From assembly GCA_965113315.1 (NCBI GenBank), contig OZ220367.1: 64,000 nucleotides of DNA; one strand, given 5' to 3'. The notes under the pieces are model-generated. The model was not told the DNA's origin, made no database searches, and saw nothing but the letters and a program-made list of their open reading frames with translations. Below are positions 49,306 to 63,061 of the stretch, piece after piece (position 1 is the stretch's first letter; each line of letters begins with the position of its first letter). Source of the stretch: Podarcis vaucheri (taxonomy: Eukaryota). The position numbers were made by a program, and so were the translations under genes.

Positions 49306-51941
49306 CGCGCGCGTGCGCGCACACCTGCCTTATAGGGGTATTTTAATTGTTTGAGAAACGTTTGGTGTAAAACTTCACCCATTCTTTCAGGGTTAAACAG
49401 TGGCTCAGATATGGAGGGCAACATATTACACTACGTATATTGTGATCCAGATGGTTTCCAACAATTAGTGGCCTGTTCCTTTGGTGGCCCCATGTCTGGG
49501 TACTAGGGGGCAGGTCTTGCTATAACCCAGATAGCAGTCTATTTGCCCCTAGTAAAGTGGGATCCATTGAGAAGTCAGCTCCTAACCCTGATCTCTGCTT
49601 CCATTTCTTAGCCAAGCTCGAGTAGGACAAGGAGTTGGAAGCTAGGAACTAGCATCTATATAAACAATATTATATACATAATCAGATGTACACAACACTG
49701 ACTTGATTATACTTTCACCTGATCTTTCAAATGTTACAAAAGCATGTTGATTCCTCGCTGATGCCCTATAGATTTGCAAAATACATTTGCACAATGTAAC
49801 CCTGGCAACATCTATCACCTGTTGCAAGAGGCAGTAGAAGATTTAGATATGTAGCTTGATTTTGTTTAATAAACATTGCCTCTCTTTTAAAAAGTGGCTC
49901 CATTTTTTTTATAACACATGCCCCAAAGCCATGCTCGGCTGCTTGCATTTAGTAGCACTAAAGAAGTTCAAGCAAACTGAAGTGATTTTTCTTTTCTTTT
50001 CAGAAAGACAAGGCATCCAGAGCTGAAAATTGTTTTATGCACTGAAGAGAGAGAAAATGTCCAGCTGAGTGCATTGTATTGCTCATGTCCTGGCAGAAGC
50101 AGTGTGGTATTTAAGCTAAGAGAACTGGGGTGGAGTGGGAGAGTCACAATGCAACCCTCCCTACGGGGTCCGTCGGCATAAGGAAAGTGTGATTAAGATA
50201 TGTCTACCTTTTCCCACAGCTCTTTACAAAACAAACCCGATGAGTCTTGTAAACCAAACAGAGATGCAAATCTGTGTGTCCATCCTTTATTTGCCATGGC
50301 ACAAGAACTGTTGAACAGGGGGAAAAACAAGCTGAATTTAGCCCTATCAGCTGTTTTGTAGAGCTCACTCCTTCCTCCCTTCACGGGGTGCCGCTGACTG
50401 CTTTGTTCTCCATTCCAGCTGTTCCATTCCCCCCCTTCAGTAGTGGCCTTAACAGACCTTGGAGGAATGTAACATTGGACCACAGGAAGCTGTTTGGTTT
50501 TCTTTCCCTCTGCTTATCACTTACTTTGCCATGGGCTGCCTAAGAGAACAGCAGACTCTTAGCCTGCTTTTTGCCTTTCATTTCAATTGCAATTTGGTAA
50601 TAATATGTTAGGCTTTTGTCCAACAATATAAGGATTGACAATTTCCTGGTATCTCGTCACTGGGGAAAAAATTCCCATCACAATTAGAATCTGCCACAGT
50701 TAAATAAATAATACTGGGGGGGGGCATTCTAGATGTTCTTTGCTTCCTATCTTGTAAAACCAAACAAGTTATAGTTTGTGCGTTTACACGTTCATTGTTT
50801 TCGTAGAGACTTCTCATCGTGAGGTGAGAAGCCTCTGTTAAAAAAGAAGGTGCAAAGGTTCAGATCTTGGTCATACTAAAGACAGCTTAACGCAAAGAAG
50901 GAGGGTGTGACTACTTCCTTCTCACTTACAGAAACTCTAGATATCAAGAGAGACTCTGAACAGTTACAGTATTTGCAAAAAAATCTTACACACTGTCTGT
51001 ATCTGTAAGGGCTCCAGAAGCACCATCCCATGAAAAGGTTTACTGAGAAATAAAACACAGGACAACAGGCCAGTTCTGATACTGTGTAGACACCAACACT
51101 GCTATCACACCACAGATTAGGGATGGGCAAAGATGCTGAGTGCTCAAAAATGTGGGGGGGGGGGGAGTGAGCAAAGCGATCAGGGTATTGCAAAACCTCC
51201 CAGACTTTTTGTAGCACTCACAAACATCTGATTGTTTCACTTCCCTTTCCAAGCAGGGATGGGTGGGGTAGGGGAGCCAGGCTTATTCCCCCACTGCAGA
51301 GCACATCCAATGGGCAGACTTCTGTCCTACCTTTCTGGCAAAGTGCAAGAAACTGTTCTGAACAGAACTGTCTTTTTTAAATGTCTCCATCACAAGCAAA
51401 AGACTTCAAACTTTTCCCTGCTTGCTTTTTTTAAACTTACTTCTTTTTTTGAGATGGGAGGGCATGCATCTTTTTAGCCACCCTTTTTTGAAAAACCCAC
51501 ACCTTCCACACTGAGACTCGCTCTCGTTTCTCACACAGATTGCCATCTGAAATACCTTTCCACTTTTTTCCACTTGTGTGCTAGGTGTGACACGCCCCAC
51601 CCACCCATCCCGGACAGAGGTATCTTGGTTAATGCTATCCGGCTTAGACTACTGAAATGTGTTGTACAACAGGATTACGAAGAAATTCCAATTGGTTCGA
51701 AACGCAACAGCTATGCTGCTGACTGACACAAGTCAACCCTAACATCTCTCACCAGCTTTAAAATAGCCTTACTGTTTTTCTGTGATGCAATTCAAGTTAC
51801 AATTCAAACCTGTGGATGAGGGACATTTTTCAGCCACAGGGCCACATTTTGTTCTGGTGGGTTGGGCCAGAGGTAAGAGTGAGCAAAGCAATAAATGTGA
51901 TTTTTACAGGCGGCTAATTTCTTGACACTCACACTCACACA

Positions 51942-52301
51942 GCGGGTGGCGCTGTGGGTAAAAGCCTCAGCGCCTAGGGCTTGCCGATCGTAAGGTCGGC
52001 GGTTCGAATCCCCGCGGCGGGGTGCGCTCCCGCTGCTCGGTCCCAGCGCCTGCCAACCTAGCAGTTCGAAAGCACCTCCGGGTGCAAGTAGATAAATAGG
52101 TACCGCTTACCAGCGGGAAGGTAAACGGCGTTCCGTGTGCTGCGCTGGCTCGCCAGATGCAGCTTTGTCACGCTGGCCACGTGACCCGGAAGTGTCTCCG
52201 GACAGCGCTGGCCCCCGGCCTATAGATGTGAGATGGGCGCACAAACCCCAGAGTCTGTCAAGACTGGCCCGTTCGGGCAGGGGTACCTTTACCTTTACCT
52301 T
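51942..52301 (+). mobile_element. Sauria SINE (young CpG-rich subfamily)
   Basis: Core motif, intact CpGs, perfect 27-bp TSD. Confidence 0.93.
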
Positions 52302-52467
52302 TAATTTCTTGACACTCACACTCACACACCCCTCTATGTACTCCACCCAGACAAAAAGCATCAGCATCAACATCCAACGATACATTCCAAGCAAGCAAAG
52401 ATGCCCAAGGAGAGTGCAAGGCAATGTCGGTGAACAGTGTGGCCTGATGAAGTTATAGAATGTGTCC

Positions 52468-53129
52468 AGGGCAGCTGTTTACCAGCTCCACCTGGTACGC
52501 AGGCTGAGACCCTATCTGCCCGTGGACTGCCTTGCCAGAGTGGTGCATGCTCTGGTTATCTCCTGCTTGGACTACTGCAATACGCTCTACGTGGGGCTAC
52601 CTTTGAAGATGACGTGTGGCTACCTTTGAAGATGACGCGGAAACTACAACTAATCCAGAATTCGGCAGCTAGACTGGTGACTGGGAGCAGCCGCCGAGAC
52701 CATATAACACCGGTCTTGAAAGCCCTACATTGGCTCCCAGTACGTTTCCGAGCACAATTCAAAGTGTTGGTGCTGACCGTTAAAGCCCTAAATGGCCTCG
52801 GTCCAGTATATCTGAAGGAGCGTCTCCACCCCCATCATTCTACCCGGACCCTGAGGTCCAGCGCTGAGGGCCTTCTGCCGTTTCCTTCACTGTGAGAAGC
52901 CAAGTTACAGGGAACCAGGCAGAAAGCCTTCTCGGTAGTGGCACCCTCCCTGTGGAATGTCCTCCCACCAGATGTCAAAGAGAACAACAACTACCAGACT
53001 TTTAGAAGACATCTGAAGGCTTTAGGGAAGCTTTTAATGTTTGATGCATTACGGTATTTTACTATTTTGGTGGAAGCCGCCCAGAGTGGCTGGGGAAGTC
53101 CAGCCAGATGGGCGGGGTATAAATAATAA

Positions 53130-53130
<1 letters not shown>
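52468..53130 (+). mobile_element. L2 LINE 3' fragment with an internal 23-bp tandem duplication (52589-52634)
   Basis: LVISCLDYCN...KLQLIQNSAARLVTG..RRDHITPVLKALHWLPVRFRAQFKVL. Confidence 0.92.

Positions 53131-53220
<90 letters not shown>
53131..53220. repeat. (TTA)n microsatellite forming the L2 tail
   Basis: Directly follows the L2 3' end. Confidence 0.95.
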
Positions 53221-53392
53221 CATAGAACTGTAGAGTTGGAAGGGACCCCAAGGGTCTTCAGTCCCCTACAATGCATGAATCTCAGCTAAAGCATTCAGTC
53301 CGGAGGGCCAGACAGAAGGTCCACATTTGGCCCCTGCGTCTGAGCATCCCCATGCCTGTTTCAAAGACATATGGCTTCATATGTTCATTGAT

Positions 53393-54030
53393 ATAAGAAG
53401 AGTCCTGCTGGATCAGACCTATCTAGTTGAGCAACTGATGCCCACAGTAACCAACTCAATGCCTCTGGGGACACCCTGAGACGGGACATGAAGGTAAGAG
53501 TCCTTTCCCACTGTCATTTCCCCAGGAACTTGTGTTCTGGGGCATGGGTGCCTCTGATCCTGGAAGCAGTATATAGTCAATATGTTCAGTAGTTATTAGC
53601 AGGCTCCATGAATTTATCTAACCCCTTTTAAAACTGACTATGCTAGTTGCCATCACCTTATTGTGGTAGTGCAGTGGCATAGCGTGGTTTGCTGGTGCTC
53701 AGGGCACGCATTCGCACACCAGGGGCCAGAGGATGAATGGAGTCTGCCGCGCCAGCCCAGCCATTACCACCAATGCCGCTGGAGTGACATCAGCCCCAAG
53801 CCACTTTGCAATTCTGATATGATCGCAGCCTCGCAAAGCATCTCAAGGGCTGGCAGGGCAGAATGAGCAGCAACCCCCAGAAAAATGTGCCCGGGGCCAT
53901 TGCCCCGGCAGCTCCCCCCTACTATGCCCCTGTGGTAGTGAATGCTATACTTTAAACAATGCACTGCATGAAGTCCTTCCTTTTGTCTGCCTCGAATCTC
54001 CCACTCTTTAGTTTCGTTGGATGACTTCAC
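53393..54030 (-). mobile_element. Old CR1 LINE 3' fragment (split by a hAT MITE)
   Basis: ATAAGAAGAGTCCTGCTGGATCAGACC...CCATGAATTTATCTAACCCCTTTTAAA. Confidence 0.65.
53672..53932. mobile_element. hAT (Tip100-like) MITE
   Basis: CAGTGGCATAG / CTATGCCCCTG; perfect 8-bp TSD TGGTAGTG. Confidence 0.8.
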
Positions 54031-55803
54031 AAGAAGAAGAACAATCTCTCTGGAGGCATAGTAACTATTAGGTTTCCTCCCTGTTCACATTTCCTACCTT
54101 CTTAAGTAAGGTACAATTTAAAATAGGCTATTGTGAGAACAAAAATGTTCCATGAAAAGAGATTGTGCAACTATAGATCATACACTAACTATGTGGTTAG
54201 CTTGTGAATAGCTCCCTTAAGCTGATTAGAATTATATAAATATGAATGCATACAGCTGTCATTAAGTCACAATTATTTTCCCTCAGGTGCTAGTCTGTTG
54301 ACATGGCTTGCACTGTCTTCCTTTGTTTTTAGCATTTCCAGTAAATATGAGACAGCTTCATTTTGTAGCCAACATACAACAGCCTGTGGCTATGCATCCA
54401 GGAACCAGCCAATCAATGTCTGCTAGTACAAAAGCAATCCAATGCTATATTGCTTCTTATCTGAATTCATTTGTTGACTCAGCAGAGATTTCTCATTCAT
54501 CTGTTTTGCAAATGTCCAATTTTGCAATGGTGCAAAGGGAAAGTTGGGTTGAAACACAGCCATTGGGGTTTATTTGTTCTTCTGTGGGCAGGTGGTGGCT
54601 TAAGTCTATCGACTGACTAAAAATGAATAATGCATTTTGGTTTTGTGTCCTGGAATTGCAGAAGGAACAGGATTCCAAAGATTAATGGTCCACTAGGCTC
54701 TTCATCTGGGCATGATCAGGGTAGAGAAAAATCTGAAGCATAGCATAACCCTGTAACTATTTAGGCTAATTTTAAAGATAAATTTCTATTAAGGAAATTT
54801 AAGGGTCACAACAATGTGAGGAAACACTAGAGACTCCCACTTAAGCCAAAATGCTTTAACTTCTGCTTTTCTGGCGTGTGTTTCATTGGTCTGACCACGG
54901 ACATTATTGTGGGGGGGGTGCTCAAGGGTCAAGACTTGGTTCTCCTGTTCTTTCTTCCCCCAACTTTTTAAAAATAAAATAAAAAGAGTGACTCAGGGAA
55001 CTTCAAAGCATAGTCCTGATAAGACCCCAGCTACCTCCCATCTTAATTTCCTAGAGGAATTTATACATATAATTTATACATATAAATATGTACACTTTAT
55101 GCAAATTTGTGTCCTGGGGTTGTATCCTTTAAGTACACAGCCTCACAACCAGATGGCTCTCTTAGCTACTCTTTTTAGAAATTAGAGGAAACCACGATTT
55201 GACTATATTTGCAAAGAGTCAACAAGTGTGGTTTGTAAATTTCAAGGGGTCTAATATCTCACCACCACCACCAATCGTTTGTGGACTGGGAAAAGGGCTT
55301 TTGGGATCATTTCCCTTCTCTGTCTGATAGAGCCATAATTTCCTCTAGTGATAGCAGTCTCTTTCTCCCCAATCTCACTATCATGCTGCAAAAACCATTT
55401 GGCCAGAGATAACTGCAGCAGAAAACACATTGGTGGGGCACACCATCGCAAATGATGCTCTCTTTTAACACTTTCCAAAAACTGCAGCTGTCTCCAGAGT
55501 TGTACTTCTCTCCCTCTCATTTCTGAATTGTTTGAACACATGCTTTTTTGGCAAAACACAAACCAACTCCAACTAAACACCAAAACCTTGAAGCAAAAAA
55601 TACATACTTCAAGAACCTAACTTCCAAAGCAACTCATATATAACGGTGAGCTAGTCTGTCAGTTTCTAATTTTTCAGTCTTTAGTTCAGTTCTCCATGTT
55701 TCCACATCAGCTTGTTTTTTTTTTAAAAAAAAGTCCTCATGAAAATTAATCAGCATTTAAGTGCACATTTCTCCTAATATACACAATTGTATATCCAGTT
55801 TTA

Positions 55804-56123
55804 GGGACGCGGGTGACGCTGTGGGTTATGTCGGTGGTTCGAATCACCACAACGAGGTGAGCTCCCATTGCTCGGTCCCTGCTCCTGCCAACCTAGCAGT
55901 TCAAAAGCACATCAAAGTGCAACTGGATAAATAGGTACCACTCCGGCAGGAAGGTAAACGGCATTTCCGTGTGCTGCTCTGGTTTGCCAGAAGCAGCTTA
56001 GTCATGCTGGCCACATGACCCGAAAGCTGTACGCCGGCTCCCTCGGCCAATAAAGCAAGATGAGCGCCGCAACCCCAGAGTCAGCCATGACTGGACCTAA
56101 TGGTCAGGGGTCCCTTTACCTTT
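55804..56123 (+). mobile_element. Sauria SINE with a ~30-bp deletion in the head
   Basis: GGGACGCGGGTG head joined directly to the B box; core and tail intact. Confidence 0.9.
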
Positions 56124-56811
56124 TCATATGCAGTTTTACCTAATGTGCATATCTATGCAAATCAATTTTACCTGAATTAATGCATTGTTTATATTATTTT
56201 CACGTACATGTATGCACATGTTAACCTAGTCTATGCACTTTTGTACATATTACTTGGCTGGAAAACTATATTGCAAAATTTGGAGAAGTGTGAATTTCAA
56301 AAGATTGCTTTATTTCAAGTCTGCGTATTGTGCTAGAAGTGTAAACTAGATAGGTACGTTCACATTTAAACTCCACCCCCCCATCCCTGCTCAAATACGT
56401 GTGGTTAAGGTGGACAATCAGATATTGGACAGCAATCAGAAATCAGTACCAAATCTCTTCTGTTCTGTTGTATAAGTGTGCACACACCACCCAGTTTTCC
56501 AGATACTCCACATTCCAAAAAGCTGTCCCTGGAGTCTCGACTCAGATTGAAGTATCATGCTATGCGGGCATCTTCCCTAGAGAGAAAAGCACTTCCCCCT
56601 GCTGGACAATACAAGAGATACAGATAACCACATATCTGGAGGATATGCTCTTCTGTGCCCCACTGGCTACAGATAGGAATGTGTATTCCCATATGGGATT
56701 ATATGTTGCTGCAAGAGGTGGGTTGTGTGGTGCTATAGCTGGTCTGGGGCCAGAGATTACAGAATTCTTCTATACCATCTTTGGCTGTGTTTACACTCCT
56801 GTTACACTCCT

Positions 56812-57177
56812 GGGACGCGGGTGGTGCTGTGGGTTAAACCACAGAGCCTAGGACTTGCCGATCAGAAGGTCAGCGGTTCAAATCCCCTTGACGGGGTGAG
56901 CTCCCATTGCTCGGTCCCTGCTCCTGCCAACCTAGCAGTTCAAAAGCACGTCAACGTTCAAGTAGATAAATAGGTACTGCTCCGGCGGGAAGGTAAACAG
57001 CGTTTCCGTGCGCTGCTCTGGTTTCATCAGAAGCGGCTTAGTCATGTTGGCCACATGACCCGGAAAAACTGCCTGTGGACAAATGTCGGCTCCCTCGGCC
57101 AGTAAAGCGAGATGAGCGCCACAAACCCACAGTCGGCCACAACTGGACCTAATGGTCAGGGGTCCCTTTACCTTTAC
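56812..57177 (+). mobile_element. Sauria SINE
   Basis: Full length, very similar to the 9394 copy. Confidence 0.92.
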
Positions 57178-58903
57178 CCTCCTGTTTACTAGCTGTGTTT
57201 CGAGTGATGGGTTTTTTTAAAATCTGTGCTTAAGTGACTTTCTCAAAATGCATATGTATCCTGTACTTCATTATAAAATGCTACTGTCTGATGTGTTGTT
57301 TCTCAAACCAGCTTTACACCAGTTGGCTTTCTTAAGCCATTCCTAATTCATCCCTAGCCAAGGTGTGAGCATCTTTACACTGGGAAAAGACATACCTGCC
57401 CTGTCAATGCCCCCTGGTGTGTACACAAACAGAAATAAATCTGACACTAATGAAGCTGTGCTGATGTGAACTGCTAGGGGGGGGGGACTGTGAAATGCGC
57501 CAGGGGTGGGGACAACATCTTTGTGCTCTAAGGCAGAAATGTGTATATACCCTTAGGCTAGCAAAGCACTTTATCTTACTTCTTTTATTGTTCCAGTATC
57601 AAAGTTCTCTCTCGATGCTAATTTCGTTTACAGTACGGTCCTAATACAAGTCACCCATAGAATCCTTAAAATAAATCCACAGCAGTGGTTTGTTTGTTTT
57701 TTAATATAGAAAAGAAAGGTATACTTCTGGATCTGGTGAAAAGGTCTCTGAAAATGACGCACTGCATTAAAAGAAGCTAGCACTGATGCCTTGGCTGCCA
57801 ATTGTGCTTTCAATGTGATTTCTAGGTTTAAAAAGACCAAGGGATAACTTGTGCAGAATGTTGACCAAAGGGCATGTAATATGCTAATGAAAAAAACCCC
57901 TCCTGAAGTAGAACGGATAAACTTGAAATTGCAGATTCACGACCTGTTGCCCTCTTGATATTAGAAAGCAATTCCTAAAAATCAAAACAGCTTTTCTGAT
58001 GCTTTCCTAAGAAATGGAATCGCACAGGAAAACAAAGGGGGTGTTTTGGGGGGGGGGGATAGGGGCATTTTGTGCACGAGTTTAACCAAAGCATGCTTTT
58101 GTCCTATTCAAATATTATGATGCCCTGTCTTCAAAACATATAAGATGACGCTCTGTACAGGTTACACTGACACCTGTGCTTAGATTCCTAAGTGTTTTGA
58201 CATTGCACATTCCCAACATGGCACCCATGTCCTATGTCACCCACTGGTGTTTTGCCTATTACTTTGGAGGGAGTTACATGGGAAAAATATTTTTGTCATC
58301 TTGCCTGCCTCCTCAAAAACTCTGGACCCGCAAAGATCTAATTTAACCAGCTGTATAGTTTTATTGATTTTTCCAACAGCCTGGTTGTATTTTAATTGTA
58401 TTTTGGTTTCTTGTATAGTGTTTTGTTTTGTTGTACACCATCTTGAGCTGCCCACTTAGCAGGCAGCATATAAACATTTAAACAAATAAATAAAAATAAT
58501 CTGTGAAATGGATGCTTTGTGGTGCCCAGAAAAGTTTCCTAGATTTCCAAATGTTGCCCTTAGACCAGAAAAAGTTAAAGATCCATGATATAGCAAGAAC
58601 CCAGTGTTGTCGTACGTTTTATATATATACACATATAGAATTCACCTTTTACAATTTACAGCTTGATCCTTTGAAAAGAACATTTGGGGTGAAATGTTTG
58701 TGCTGTTTTATTGATTGATCAATTGCATTTATAGGGTGCCTTTCTGCTAAGGCATCCAAGGCAATTATAGCCACCAAATATTCATATAAGGATTGCAGCA
58801 TTTATTATGGTACAAATCTTTTTAAGATAACCCAGGAGGGCAAGAGGGAGGAGCCGCAGAGCAGGCATCATTTTCTCCAGCTGCATTCCACCTGCCTTAA
58901 AAA

Positions 58904-59103
58904 TCATAGGAACATAGGTAGCTGTCTTATACTGAGCCAAATCATTAGTCCACCTAGTTCAACATTGTCAAATGAGACTGGCAGCCACTCTCCAGCGTTT
59001 CAGACAAGGGTTTCTCCCAGTCCTACTTGGAGATGCAGGGCACTGAACTTGGGACCTTCTGCATGCAAAACAAGATGCTCTACTACTGAGATGGCCCTTC
59101 CCC
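58904..59103 (-). mobile_element. Old tRNA-headed SINE (Squam2-like)
   Basis: Plus strand CATAGGAACATAGG...GGGACCTTCTGCATGCAAAAC...CTACTACTGAG. Confidence 0.7.
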
Positions 59104-59430
59104 TGTCAGCAGAATGCCTGCCGACATTAATGTCATTACGCACTCAGCAATGAGTTTACTGAGAGCACAACCAATGGCGGTAAAGGCAAACCCACTAACA
59201 TTAGTGAATATATTCCAAGACTTCTAACTATGGGCATAATGCATATCTTAATGTTAGTGAAATTAAAAACCATAGGTAAGGACTAGAATATGGCTTTATA
59301 TGTGGAGGATAATAATCTTTGCATAATGGCATACACCCAAAGCTCTTCTACCATTGAACATTGTAGCAAGCAACCAAAGCTAGCAAGCAATCTTTTGGGG
59401 AGGTTCATTTGGCGGAAGTTCATTTGGGGA

Positions 59431-59655
59431 AGTGGTACCTCGGGTTAAGTACTTAATTTGTTCCGGATGTCCGTTCTTAACCTGAAACTGTTCTTAACCT
59501 GAAGCACCACTTTAGCTAATGGGGCCTCCTGCTGCTGCCACGCCGCCAGAGCACGATTTCTGTTCTCATCCTGAAGCAAAGTTCTTAACCTGAAGCACTA
59601 TTTCTGGGTTAGCGGAGTGTGTAACCTGAAGCGTATGTAACCTGAGGTACCACTG
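59431..59655. mobile_element. MITE family A (inverted orientation)
   Basis: Same TIRs with the first base lost; TA on the right flank. Confidence 0.88.
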
Positions 59656-61680
59656 TACTGAAGAACTCCCAATAAGCTTTGGTGAAATCTCAGGATCCCC
59701 CAAAACCACATTTGAAAACTAGTGATTCCAAACAATAGTTTGACCACCTCCTTGAGCAAACAGAGATTACAAAATGGAAAAACCTGTATGGTTTCTGAAT
59801 GAAGGGTACTTACGATAATCAACAAAGTCTTCATCATCAGAGTTCAATTTTTTGACTATAGCTTTCTCACTAGCCACTCTTCCTAAAGTGGAAATGGGCT
59901 GGACATCTTTTCACGGAAACATGAACGACACAATAAGTCCCTACCTTTCCCCCTTTCCCAAAAGGGTGGAGGAAGGGAAGATAAAGGAGGCAATTTAAGT
60001 CTGTGTACACAACATACATTTAAAGCATGTATCCTGGGAACTGTAGTTGGTTAGAGGGCTGGAAAATGAAGCTATGTTAGGGGTAAACTACAGAACCCGA
60101 GATTCTTAATAGAATAAAGGACTAGACATTTATTTAATAGGAAGAGGAAGGAGAGCAGGAAGCAAGAGGAACAACTCAGAGAATTGTTCCATTTAAGACA
60201 AATCTAGACAAAACAAAATAAAATGGGGGAGGGTTAAAGTCCAATAAAATAGTTATCTATAGATGAGCAACTTGTTTTCAGCAACATGATTTTGGACTAG
60301 AATGCAGCTGTAGCCTCATTGGCTGTGGAGCTGCTGATGGTTATTGTGTGAGGGAAGAAGACTATCGTTCTTCTTCACTTTCTCTGGATATTAATTTTTA
60401 TTCCTTCTGTGGTATTCTCAGTCTTTCCTTTCATAAATCTTCATCTATTTCCTGCTCCCCCCCTACCCTCAATATCCTTTTGCGGGGGAAACTATCAAAA
60501 TCTTTACAGAAAATCCTCCTAAGGCACTTTTTTAGGAGCCGAAAAAAGGGCTGCATGCCCTCCAACATGTCCCAGAGGAAAACAAGGATGCACATCTTTC
60601 AGGACTACCATCTCGCACAAGACCACACTGCCCCAAAACAGGATGCCCCGATTAAATCAGGACAGTTGAGGGGTATGGAGTGGCACAGCAGGCATAATAT
60701 CTCTCTGTGCTCCAATTTATAGGGTTACACTATTTATACAGCAGCACAGCTAATTCAACTCTAACGAATGGCTCCTGTCATCTAGAATGTGATGTGTCCT
60801 TAATTCAAAGAACAGTCTTCTATTTGAAGCTGTCTTCTATTTGCAGAGCTGGTCCAAGTCCAGTTTTAATGAACTGTAAGAAGGGAGAGCAAGGCCTTGC
60901 ATGCCCATCAAGTTAGCACCTGGAGATGCACTATATTTCTATAGTAAATTATAGTATTTGCATCCATGCGTATAAAGTAGCATGTTTACATTTTATGCAC
61001 ACCTGTGTCCTCCTTTTTATGGGGTGAATGATGTATACATATTTAATAGAGTTAAGTCAAATTAGAGTCCTTATGCTGATCTTTGGCATTTCCCCTTACT
61101 CCTCGACCTCAGCTTAGCAGTTCCTGCAGCTCATAACATGAAGGACGACCCTTTATCAAAAGGCAATCCAGTAGTGGCCCATTTTGTTAGATACAGGTGA
61201 AATACAAATTGTTCACACACTCCAGTTACGTCTGTTTAATAGACACAGTACCTGTTTTCCTCACTAAGAGCACCACTTATTGATATTCATTCAATTTGTA
61301 CCATAATACATCAATAGATTTGACTTCACGTTATTAGTCTTTTCGGCTGGCATTAATACTGCCTACCTTAGGCATAATACTGCCTTCCTTAGGAATCACA
61401 TCTCTCAACTTGGCTACCATGTTCTGACTTCCAAAAGTGGTCTGATCCAGCATGCTCTTCTTATGGTCTTAAGAATGTGAATACTTGAATTCTGACATAC
61501 ATGAAAACGTTTCTGTGGAGGAAGTTCGCTCTTGTGAAATGCAACTTCATGAACTGTTTGCTCTTGTCACACTATAATGGACTCATTTCCCTTCTGTCAA
61601 ATGCTGACAGGCATGATAGGCTGACCAGAGTACGGGAAGGGAAGGGGCCTCTGGAAGGAAGATGGGATGAAACATTAAAT

Positions 61681-61799
61681 GGGTCTCCAGCTGTTTTTGG
61701 ACTTCAAGTCCCATCAACCCTGACCACTGGTCCTGCTAGCTAGGAATGATGGGAGTTGTAGTCCAAAAACAGCTGGAGACCTAAGTTTGGGAAACCCTG
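61681..61799. mobile_element. Palindromic hAT-Charlie-like MITE, left end truncated
   Basis: ~35-bp inverted arms GGTCTCCAGCTGTTTTTGGACT..TCCCATCA; right TIR GTTTGGGAAACCCTG. Confidence 0.65.
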
Positions 61800-62946
61800 C
61801 ATTAGCGCAAACAGAAAACGGGCCCCACCAACCTCAGCCGATCCTTAACAAGCCCCACCTGCTGACCTATGTACAACCAATCCAGGGGGTGGCACTGCCT
61901 GTCATCTACCTCCCCCTTAGTCTCAATTGTTGCAACGTTGTAATAGAACTTAGCAGGTAGAAGATGGAGACAAAACTAGAAAGTGCCTTTCTGGCTCCAC
62001 CTACTGTTGGTTTTCCTGTCTTCTGCCTGTGTCAACGGGTACCACCTCCCCACTCAGGTACCATAAAAAGAACTTAACTACACTTTACAACCCAACTAGA
62101 AACACTCAACCACTGCACTGAGTACACCATAGTCCTATTACACCAGTAAGTCACAGATAATGTATTACAAGCCTTGAGCATTTATCCTAAAATAGCAAAT
62201 TAAAACCCTCCTTGAGAGTCTGTCTTCTGCACACAAGCCATATTAAGTTGATCGTCTGACTATTATGTTTTAATAAGGGGTTCACCCCCAACTTTCATAA
62301 TAACACGGGGCTAGTATTTTGAGAGTTCTCTTTTGATCTCTCATCAGTTAATTTTCCTGCAGGAAATCCAGCCTTTTATCAAATTAAACCACACTCTTGC
62401 TTAGCTTATGCATCACACCTATCAACCAGTACCAAAAAGAGACATGCTTTAGACCTGGAGCACACTCTTCCTTTTGTGCACTCACAAACCATGGACCTGC
62501 AAATTCAAAAAGGCCTACTTATTTCTGGGAAGTTATATACAGAAGTATGACTAGGACTTACTCTAGGTTGTTTTCGTGACAATTGAGCCAGCACTTTTAA
62601 TGATAGACATTTGACTGTGAAATACAGTCACATCACACGCAGCTCTGTTACAGCATACAAGCTTCCGTTTCATAAAGCAATTGATGAAAGATCCAACACC
62701 ACTAAAATCTATTTAAATAAGGAAAGGAGGGCAGTATTCATGAATCCCAAATCAAAACATTCAAACAATATATAGGTCTATACAACATAAAGCATACTCA
62801 CATTCCTGTTAACAGATCTCATATTTGGGAAGTTTAAAAAAAAAATGCGAAATGCTCTCAAATTCTGACGACAGATACTTTCAACATAACCCTATAAACT
62901 GTATTAGAGCTTTTTTGTATTATATTGAATAGTTATCCTTATTTGC

Positions 62947-63061
62947 CATAGGAGCCAACTCCTAGTGGCTGTGGGGGCTTTGGCCCCCACAATAAAATAT
63001 GATTATGCAGGGTGGGGTTTACCTGGGCCCCCACAACATTTTATTTAAGTTGGCACCCCTG
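62947..63061. mobile_element. hAT-type MITE (internally deleted relative of the 17814 element)
   Basis: CATAGGAGCCAACT...AGTTGGCACCCCTG; TSD TTATTTGC/TCATTTGC. Confidence 0.75.
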
